NCBI GenBank assembly: GCA_001949185.1
Contig: BDGG01000021.1
Span: 272,817 to 336,816, forward strand
DNA length: 64,000 bases
Origin: Ramazzottius varieornatus
Lineage: Eukaryota; Animalia; Tardigrada
Direction: 5' to 3'
The notes under the pieces are model-generated. The model saw only the letters and a program-made list of their open reading frames with translations. It did no database searches and had not been told where the DNA came from. Position 1 is the first letter of the stretch. The number at the start of each line of letters is the position of its first letter. The position numbers were made by a program, and so were the translations under genes. This document shows positions 54,701-64,000 of this stretch, piece after piece.

Positions 54701-55626
54701 TGGATTCTGCGCTGTGTTACTGCCAAAGAAATTTCCCCATGGTAAGTAAGCTTCGGTCTGCGGGCGCATGGCTTCGGGGACGGTTGAGGTTTGCTTAATG
54801 TTGACAGGCATCCTAATGACCTGATGTTTGCACAAGAGCGAACTCAGAAGCTGATCAAGAATGCCTTTGATAAGTACGGAGATAGCTTTACAGAAGACAT
54901 CACCTTACCCGATCTGGAGAGAATCTTCACCGATATGGAAACCAAGGTAAGGAAACCGAGTTAAGATCCTTTCAGCCAAGCTGTATCGAACACGTACAGT
55001 GGACGTTTTATTGAAGGAATTTCCGTGTTTGCAGGACATCAGTCGGACACAACTGACAGACTTTGAAGATCGATATTACAATAATTTCCCTTCGTTTGCA
55101 CTGTTTCGAACCTGCACGTAAGCCCGATAAGCGGTTGTTATTGTTGTTCGTGAAAGATAGACTAGCAAAGACACCCTTTTGCTAGTGCATATTTCGACAA
55201 GTATGCTGTGATTGGAGAACCCGCCTCTGGATTGAAGCCCGGTGCTAATATGGCCTTGGCTGAAGTGGAGTTCTTGGCTGGCGGCGGACTGGTGATGGAC
55301 AAAATTTCTTCGGATGTTACTCACATTGTTCTACATTCCCATCGGTAAGTACGAGTACTTGCCGTTTTGTGGACTGAATCGATGTCGAAAGGGACACAGG
55401 ATGGTTTATCCTGCCATATCTCTTTGGCAGGTTGGCTCGCCTAGAAGCTTTTAGAAAGCTCAATCGTTCTCGCCTGAGGAAGTTTCACATCGTTAGTGAA
55501 AAGTGGGTTCTTGACAGCGTCGAACAAAAGATGACACTGGACGAAAGGGGCTTTGTCGTTAGATCCGACGCGCAACAGGGAAGTTCCCTCTTATGTCTTT
55601 TGTCGACAGCGTTTGAAGTCACCTAG
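51795..55626 (+). CDS. LIG4: DNA ligase IV (NHEJ)
   Basis: FPFMRLLLP..DR.RPVYGIKE; adenylation motif EIKYDGDRCQIHK; EEGIILKQP.S.YKPN.R..GWWKVKPE; TLRFPR; two C-terminal BRCT domains flanking FDKYGDSF. Confidence 0.96.
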
Positions 55627-56228
55627 CCAGCTCTTTTTTATCACTTAGCGTGCAAGAGATATTGTGGTGAAATCCATTTTAACTTTCAATATATTAGTTA
55701 TTCATTAAGGTTTTAAAAGTGTCCCCAGTTTGCAGCATGCACTGCACGCCCATCTTTTCTGCGGAAAAATATTCGTTGTTCTATCAACATTCAGTTGCCG
55801 TAGACTCTTGTAAAACCGAAAGTGACAGCAATGTATCGAAACAAAATCAGGTACGATACAGTACACGCAGACGCAGGCAAAGGAAGTTTGGGCCAGACGG
55901 AAAGACGGCAAACCAGTGTTGTCCAGGTAAACATTCCGTGCTACGCGGAACAGCCTGACAAAAATGCCGTATTATGGTGACTTAACAGAATCATTGCAAA
56001 ATTAAATGACTTGATTAGCTGTTTCGACAGAAAAAAATGCTCTATGGTTTTATGGCGAGCCGGAAAGGCGTTCCAGTTTCGGCACCGCAATTTTTACCTG
56101 GCGAACACTGCGGCAAACTGAAAATTCATTAATTCAACCGTAGAAAGCTGCCGAAACCGTATATCGTACCTGTGCCAGCACTGAGCAGCGGCTCGCCAGA
56201 AGTGAAGTTTGTCCTTATCACTTTGAGA

Positions 56229-57838
56229 ATGGAGCAGATGAAAAGGCTGTCGTTTCGGAGGCAGTTTCACGTTCAAAATCCACTACAGCGGGAAGCGGTG
56301 CCATCGCAAAGTGTGTGGCCGTGCAAGATGTAAGTAAACTCAACTGAGCTTCGATTACTTGACCGGAAGTGGTTTTCGTGCCAGGACTGGGATCGACAAT
56401 GGTTGTCCCGTGGGCCTTGGCCCTTGGGGATACTTTGTGACAGTTTGTGGATTGACAATCATGATGTGCCTGTATTATGTTGCAGTTGCAAAGTCAGCTT
56501 GTCCAAATATACCTGTCCGCGATGCAACCTTCCCTACTGTTCGCTGGACTGCTACAAATCCTCCAGTCACCAAGAGTGCGCCGAAGCCTTCTACAGGCAG
56601 TGTGTTATGCAGGAGTTACAAGCGGACAAACTTGGGTTAGTGAAAATAACGATCGAGAACCTTGAACACAATGGCTGCAGAATGTGAACTCGTGTTCTAT
56701 ACTGACAGTTTATTCGTAGTGAATCTTCTCAAAAGAAACTGCTGGAAACATTACGCCAACTACAGGAGGATGAGTCGGGTTGTTTCCCAGCCGAAGATGA
56801 GGAAGCAGATGACGATGATGCCAGCAGAACATCCGGATCGAATGTGATTCCTAGCCTGGAGGAACGCTTTGGTGGAATGAAGCTCGGTAATCACTTTACA
56901 ATTCTAGCCCAATACCGTTAGTCCATTACCTGTTATCGCAGACGCAGAGTGAATATTGGTACTGTTGTTTCTAGATGGGAAAGAGTACGAGGAAATATGG
57001 TATATGCTGACTGCGGAGGAAAAGGGCGATTTCGAGGAGTTCCTGAAGGCAAACAGGTTGTCGGAGTTGATCGAAGTATGGCAGCCCTGGTGGACCATTC
57101 CTCTCCCCAAGATAACCGTGCTTTCCCCGTCCGACGATTCGGAGGAGGTACCGTCTGCCCGTACAGACATCCCTGCCCTGATTGCGCAGCCTGACTTGTC
57201 CAGTCTATTCCAACGACAACCTTCCCACGACACCGTCCTCTTCTCCGTACTGAACTCCCTCTACGCCTACCTTCTCATCACGCGCTTGTATAATGGTGAT
57301 CATCACAACTGTGCCGAACTGGCGACCAGCAACCTTTTGGAGATGGCAGTTGGCCTGTCGTCGATAGCCAAAAACCAGCCGCACAGTCTGGAGGAAGCCC
57401 TAATGATGGTTATGCTGCAGTGCGACCAGTCGTCACTAAAGTCGGCGCTCGATAGTCCAGAAGCGAGAGCCCTAGCTATGCTGGACCTGGTCATGGTCCT
57501 TCAACAACCCGTCTTCGCGCAAGCAGCCCTTTCCGACCTTCACGCGCTCTTCAGACGAGCAATGAAGGTTGCTAAACAAGATGAGCACGACAGACAGCAG
57601 TACAAGAACGTGGTGAAGAAGCTGGAGTACTTCATGGCCTTTTGTCAGTGGAGCCGGGGTAAAGTGGAGGCGCAGGAACCCCTTCTTCATCGAATGCACG
57701 GTAAGGTCTCCTCTGTAACATTTTCTTTTGAGAGGGCTCGTGGATTTGGTGATAATGTCTGGCTTTCCTGTTGTAGCAAATTACGTCAAAGACGCCACGG
57801 AGCACGAATTGCTTCAAGAGAAACAGAACCGTCTTTAA
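56229..57838 (+). CDS. ZNHIT2: Zinc finger HIT domain protein 2
   Basis: Spliced CKIC...KYTCPRCNLPYCSLDCYK...H..CAEAFY...V..EL; IW..LT.EEK..F; WQPWW; KKLEYF. The 3' end is approximate. Confidence 0.85.
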
Positions 57839-58284
57839 GTAAGACAGTGCAGGAGATGCATCCCTACCCGTGTTTCCATTTGAGTTTTCTATAGGGTTTC
57901 CAGGAAGTACCAACTGGAAACCAAACAATCGAAATAAGGACACGGGTAGGGATGCATTTCCCACACTGTACGTTACCGCCGTGATATTTTGGTTATTCAT
58001 ACGACTTCCGCTCTTTCAGTGTCTTCTCGATGCTCAAAGCTTGCTGTAACTATAGATTATGTGCGACACGCTGACAAGATAATTATGTCAAAATAATCTT
58101 GTTAGACCGTGTTACTCAGCGAAATGCGACTGTAGTTAACTTGGAAATACAGAGAGCCGAGTTCAGCCAAGGCTAGAACAAACAGGGAAGAAACGCTGTA
58201 CACTATGTCACACTCGCTGTAAGCCAAACTCGCGCTGTCGTTTACTGAACCCCAACGACGGCAACAGCATACTGCAGGAAGAGT

Positions 58285-59144
58285 TTAGGCTGTGAACCAC
58301 CAATGGTACCATTTCTCGAACTCAAAGGCCTCACAGTGCACCCAGTACTCAAAGGGTGTTGGATCTGCAACAGAAAAGATGACTTTTAGGGTCTTTAGGA
58401 CTGGGATAAGTACAGACAAAAGAAGCAACATGTCGCAGAAAAGCATTTTACCAATCCAATGGTCCTTGGGCACGGTCTTGTAGACGGGCTCGTCAAACCA
58501 CTTGCCCACTTCCCAGCCTGGTACGTTCTTCATTATCCGCTCCTCTTCTTCGCGATTGCGACGGATTCGCCGTAGGTATCTGCGAAAAGCGTAAGAAAGA
58601 CGGCATTTACAAGCGGTCGAAGCTTTAACACTGATCGATTTTGACGGGGAACTTTCTTACAGGCGATCCCGTTCAGCCAGCAGCATGGGCATCAGTGCCA
58701 CTTTGGCATCCAGCATCTCCAGCTTCTCTCCTCTGCAACAAGGCAAAGTGTTGACAAGTAGTCTCGCGTCGATAACCTGAAAGTAACGCAATACCAACCT
58801 CCAACGTTTCCTGTCCAGTTCCATCATAAGTTTACCAGTGATGGTCATGAAGACAACTAGCAGAAACTGCTTGGTAGCGCCCATATATGGCTTTTGAGGT
58901 ATTCGGCCCCAGTCATAGTCTGCGTATCCTCCGGTGGGTGGTAAATCCTGCTGGTAAGCTACGGGTGAAGAAGATGAAGAGGCAGGACGCTGTGGTCGGA
59001 AGAAGCCCCTTTGAGTGCGGAGGAGAATCTGCAAAATGAGCCAGCTCAATCCCACTTCCCATAAGCACGTACGTAGCTCCACAAGGAGGATCACTTCCGG
59101 CTACCTACCTTGCTCCGTAGGCCTGTCCACAAAGAGGCCAGCAT
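58285..59144 (-). CDS. NDUFA13: NADH:ubiquinone oxidoreductase subunit A13 (GRIM-19/B16.6) with N-terminal extension
   Basis: QDLPPTGGY; ALMPMLLAERDR; RRNREEEERIMKNVPGWEVG; EPVY.T; exon 1 MLASLWTGLRSK ends at a GTAGG donor. Confidence 0.92.
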
Positions 59145-60204
59145 CTTCCTTCTGATGCTCGATGCCCAGAGCTGAAATGACACTTCGTGCCGTCTGCGAT
59201 GTGGGAATAAGTATTCGAGGAACGAAATCTTTCGAGGGAGGCACACAGACTGAAAAACACTAAACTAAACGATTCTGCCTTAAATGCCCTTAACACCTTG
59301 AGCACGGGGCAGGAAACGCACATTCCCGGCGCACACTCATTTGTGCGTAGCGAGTTTCCAGTTCACCTTTTGCTCCCCGTTTTTTCCGTTTGCCCGGACA
59401 ATCAACTTTTCTTGAAACTAAAACTAGCGGCTACTGGACACTGGCTCTGCGAACCTGTGTGGAATTTTTTCCCTTTCTTAATAGAATTTCGGCGTAGCCA
59501 GCAAATTACTTTCCAGCCAGGCTCTCAGTTAGTCCAGAGTCACCAAAATAATTGCTGCGAGAGCCCAAACATTTTAGTATCTTGCAACAGTTTCAGATTC
59601 GTGGAAAGATCTGCCCAGTGGTCATTAAGAAAACCTTGAAGCCTGGCCGTTTCGAGTTGGCAGGTGGCGCACTCTACATCCTATTCCAAAATTTTAGCCA
59701 ATCGATGAGGTGGTGATTGGTCTAATTTTGCACCGCCCCCCAGTTTTAACCAGTTAAAACAAGGCGAGAGTGACTTTCCCCCATCGTATTCTGAAAGCAT
59801 GAAATCGCGCAGTGCTCAGGGTGTTGCGAGAGCACCGCCCAACGGCTGGCCTTACAGCGGAGCTTTAGAATGAATCATAGACCACTTGAGTCATCGTAGA
59901 AAGCTTTTTCAAAGCCCTTTAATTAGGGCAAGCTATGGCAAGCCTGAGCTTATGGCGGAAGATCAAAGAGAAATTTCTTGGCACCGAAAGTGGTTTTTAC
60001 CATCAGTCAACTGTTGTACGTACCGGGATAGTGCGGTATTATACCCTGTTGATCGTGCAGTGCCGTCAAGTGGTATATCAACAGGGTTATCAATTCCGTA
60101 TTAATTAATACGCCAACAGGGTCCTCATTGCTTTATTCAAACAAATAACGTTTTCTTAAAAAGAAGACCACAATGAAACAGGAGACTAAATCAAAATCAA
60201 CAAG

Positions 60205-60405
60205 TTATGTGGACGCGGCTCTTCCCTTTCTAAGATTCAAAACGTAAAATGTTTCTTCGAGTCTTTTAGTCTCCTTCGCAGTGCCCATAACACAAAAAGC
60301 ATTACCTCGCAGTATGTCAAAAGACAAGCGCTGTTTGAAATATTTAATATACGCCAACATCTTCGAATGGTTAGTACAGAATTGATTGATCAAATCCGAA
60401 ATCAC
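60205..60405 (-). mobile_element. 3' fragment of a CRE-clade (RLE) non-LTR retrotransposon
   Basis: YFKQRLSFDILRGNAFCVMGT resembles the C-terminal QRLS...QRGNA..V.GT motif of CRE-type ORFs; AATAAA lies downstream on the minus strand near 60135. Confidence 0.55.
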
Positions 60406-60926
60406 GACTCATGACTCATCAAAAACTTGGAAAAATTCGTCAAAAAATTTAGAAAAGTCAGAAAAAATCGGGGAATCATCCTGAATAAAGGATTGTGCTG
60501 TCTGGAGCTCGAGCTTCCTCTGATAAGTTTGCGATTCAGAGTCCCTTGGGTATTAATTAGCTCAATCAGTGACTGTTGTCAGCTGACAGCTGTGTGCCTG
60601 ACACTGCCTGTGTCGTTATTTTCATTAATTGCGACATTGCGACTTTATTTCCTCGGTTCGTTTGGCATTCAAGCTGCCGAACAGTTGAACACACAAGCGC
60701 TGCAAAAGATCAATTGTCGTATCTCGTTGCGTCACTGTCCACACGGACCACGTCTCAGACCTCCAACTATCATGACTTTTGTGGGTCATTTTCCGTGATC
60801 TGGACTATTAATCTCCAGTCGCCAGCGGTCAACCAGGGTTGTGTTATTCTTTCGGTTGCAGATGGTCGGTATGCCTGTTCTTCTGATGCAGTGGTGGGAA
60901 GCGAGACGACAGAGCAGGATCGGGAG

Positions 60927-63886
60927 ATGAAAAGGAAAGTGGGCTACTTTGTGGGATCGGGCATCACTCTTATATGGATCATCTTCTTCTATCAGTACAT
61001 GCTCTTCCAGCAGCGCTCACACCTGGACTTTGAAGGAGACAGCGAGGAAGCGCCGCCGCAGATTCATCGGCTGGCCGAGAGTGGTATAGGTGCTTCACCC
61101 AAGGTATCCCGTCAACTGGCTGCACTACGCAAGGAAGTGGAGACGTTGACCAGTCAGAATGACCAGCTGCAACACTACGTCCACAGAGTCCAGAATGGTA
61201 CGTCCATCCTAGCTGCTAACTGTCACCGTCCTCACACAGGACAGGCCAGACGTCGGTCGATGGAAGTACAGATATTGGGAGAAAATCCAACGAGGGTGAA
61301 GGAAGGCGTGACGTGCTCAAGTCTGAATATTATGGTGAAATGGACCTAGGCTACGTATTTCATGCTTAATGTGCGGGTGCTGTGTATTCTAGTGATTGGA
61401 GAAGGAAGGCTCAATTCCACTCTAACGATTCTACCATCGCCAGTTCCCGTGATTGCCGTCGTGGTCTTTGGCTGCAATCGTCCGACTATTCGTCGTCATC
61501 TGGACCAGCTAATCAAGTACAGCTTGCACCATATAAGAAGAGTCTTCCTAATGTTGGGCCTCTGACCGGCCGGAAGTAACGCACTGTCTGTGTTTGGTGC
61601 AGGTATCGGCCATCTGCAGCAAGTTTCCCAATTTACGTCAGTCAAGACTGTGGCCATGAAGAGACGGCGCGCGTTATATCCAGTTATGGCGATCAAGTAA
61701 CCCACATGAAGGTACGCGTCTAACCCCCCCCCCCCCCNNNNNNNNNNNNNNNNNNNNNNNNNNNNNNNNNNNNNNNNNNNNNNNNNNNNNNNNNNNNNNN
61801 NNNNNNNNNNNNNNNNNNNNNNNNNNNNNNNNNNNNNNNNNNNNNNNNNNNNNNNNNNNNNNNNNNNNNNNNNNNNNNNNNNNNNNNNNNNNNNNNNNNN
61901 NNNNNNNNNNNNNNNNNNNNNNNNNNNNNNNNNNNNNNNNNNNNNNNNNNNNNNNNNNCCCCCCCCCCCCCCGCCCACTGACATTATCTTCGGCATGCGA
62001 TGATTAACATCTAACCTTTGGCCTTGAATCTGGGTATATGCTCAGTTGACGTCAAAAGTGCATGGTTTTGTCCGTAGCATACGAATAATACGCCCATCAT
62101 TTTGCCCAAGAAGGACAAAAAGTTTGAGGGATATTACAAGATCGCCCGTCACTACAAATGGGGTCTCTCCCAGATTTTTGACAAATACAACCATAGCGCT
62201 GTCATCATCACCGAAGGTATATCGCACACGTTCAGAACTATACTTGACAATCACCGGAAGCAAAGACCGGATGACTTCCGGTCGAAGCGATTTCTCTCTC
62301 CGTTAACCTGACTGATTGGATTTTGTTCGCCAGATGATTTGGATATATCGCCCGACTTTTTCGAATACTTTGCGGGAACCTATCCACTGTTGGTGGTGGA
62401 CAAGTCGTTATGGTGCATCTCGGCTTGGAACGATAACGGCAAGGCTGGTCTCATCGCTAACGCACCAGGTACTTATACTCTACTCCATCCGTCCGTAATG
62501 TGGACCTGTTTGGCAAGCCATGCTTTCGACCGAAATTTGTACGAATCACATACTTTTTATACAACTCAAATTTCTATCGGGAAAATGAAAGACGGCATAA
62601 AAGACAGGATAAGGAAGCGGCAGTGGTATTAATCATTTTTTGGTTTGATCATTGATGAATCGTTGGCAGCTGGGTGTGGAAGGGCTGTGTTCATCATACT
62701 GTACCTTTTGCAGAGCTGCTTTATCGAACGGACTTCTTTCCTGGTTTGGGTTGGATGCTTCGTCGGGAACTATGGGCGGAACTAGGGCCCAAATGGCCCG
62801 ACAAGTTCGTTTCCTGTTCTTGGCCAGGCTGACCCTCTCCTCACCTTGCTGCTAATAACACCTGCTCGATTGCAGGTTTTGGGACGACTGGATGCGTCGG
62901 CCGGAACAACGGCTAGAGCGTTCCTGTATCCGCCCTGAAATATCACGCACCTCCACCTTTGGCAAGAAGGGCGTTAGCAAGTAAGCTATCCATGCACCTT
63001 GCCGCCCGCTTGCCGCCTCCTATTTAACACTGCTGCGCTTTCTAGCGGGCAGTTCTTTGAACAGCACCTGAAGTTCATCAAGCTGAACGATGTGGCGGTA
63101 CAGTTTACTCGTCAGAGTCTGTCTTACTTGCTGAAGGTACGAGGTAAAGGTTGTAAACTTAGCTACCCCATACCGGGTTTGTATAGTTAGCGACGGCTGT
63201 AGCGTCTATCGCTTGATTGACTATTTGATTGTCAGTCTTGGCTTTTCAACATGAGATTTCAACGTTCTTTTGATTGCGGATCTCTCGGATTCTCTGACTC
63301 GTCGTGTTGACTGTGCCTAACACCATTCGACAGCTCATTATTTTATCTATCGATCTATCCTTAAAAGTTTGGGATTGAGTAGTAGAGAACAGGCGAACTT
63401 AGACGGCTAACTTTACAAACCTGGTATGGGGAGGCTAACTTTACAACCTTCCCCTCGTAAGTAAAGTGACTTTCAGCTTGAAGGCATTGTGACATGCCTT
63501 CTTTAGGCACCGGTCATCTGACGGTTCTTTTGCAACAGGATATCTATGATCCGCGTTTCATAGCCGACGTATACGCTGCCAAGAGTGTTTCCGTCGACGA
63601 CCTGCGCAATGATAAGTTGCCCAAGACGTCTGATCCCCTCCGCGTCGAGTACTCCAGCAAAGCTGCTTTTGTTAGGGATGCTAAGCTGCTGGGAGTCATG
63701 CAGGACTTTAAGGTAAGATGTGTGAAGGGTCCTATTGCCGCAGCTAGCCCGAGTCGGCTGCCTGTCTTGCAGGCTGGGGTTCCTCGTACCGGTTACCGCG
63801 GTGTGGTGGTCTTTGTCTACAAAGGCCACCGAGTCTTCCTGGCGCCACCCAGCGGATGGACGGCCTACGACCTGACCTGGAACTGA
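60927..63886 (+). CDS. MGAT1: Alpha-1,3-mannosyl-glycoprotein beta-1,2-GlcNAc transferase I
   Basis: Type II TM anchor; [10 protein letters not shown]; YVSQDC; [13 protein letters not shown]; [14 protein letters not shown]; [10 protein letters not shown]; [10 protein letters not shown]; FWDDWMR; CIRPEISRT; [11 protein letters not shown]. Confidence 0.96.
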
Positions 63887-64000
63887 ATCGCCATTCCCTC
63901 CACCACTACTGTCCTGGCAGAATAGTTTAGTTGCTCATCCCCACAAGAACGTTGTCTTTCGGACTAACGCCCGGTCCAGATGTCTTTATATCAATCAAAA

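Noticed and set aside
61724-61975. Poly-C/poly-Gly ORF around the N gap
   Set aside because: Homopolymer flanking an assembly gap within an MGAT1 intron; not coding.

Overview
Eukaryotic (animal) genomic DNA, gene-dense, with many short (about 50-150 nt) GT-AG introns and three assembly gaps (9231-9280, 22141-22190, about 61738-61958). The compact architecture resembles a tardigrade such as Ramazzottius; this is inference only. Spliced genes recognised by hand from motifs: CAF-1 p60 (CHAF1B), an otopetrin, a divergent intron-containing histone H3 variant, a probably disrupted dynactin p25 (DCTN5), a short GCC2/GCC185-like GRIP golgin, a syntaxin-1-like SNARE, fascin, sphingosine kinase, FTSJ3/Spb1, a reduced TopBP1 head-to-head with DNA ligase IV, ZNHIT2, NDUFA13 and MGAT1. 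There are also three orphan secreted low-complexity proteins. Mobile DNA: a 4.1-kb element with about 370-400-bp terminal inverted repeats and a 6-bp target duplication, holding two nested MITEs; a diverged 760-bp palindrome; and a CRE-like retrotransposon remnant. The most notable items are the H3/CENP-A-hybrid-looking histone, a TopBP1 that appears to lack BRCT3-6, and an NDUFA13 with a gained mitochondrial presequence. No CRISPR array, rRNA or tRNA was seen. CDS coordinates are gene spans including introns, and exon boundaries are manual predictions.
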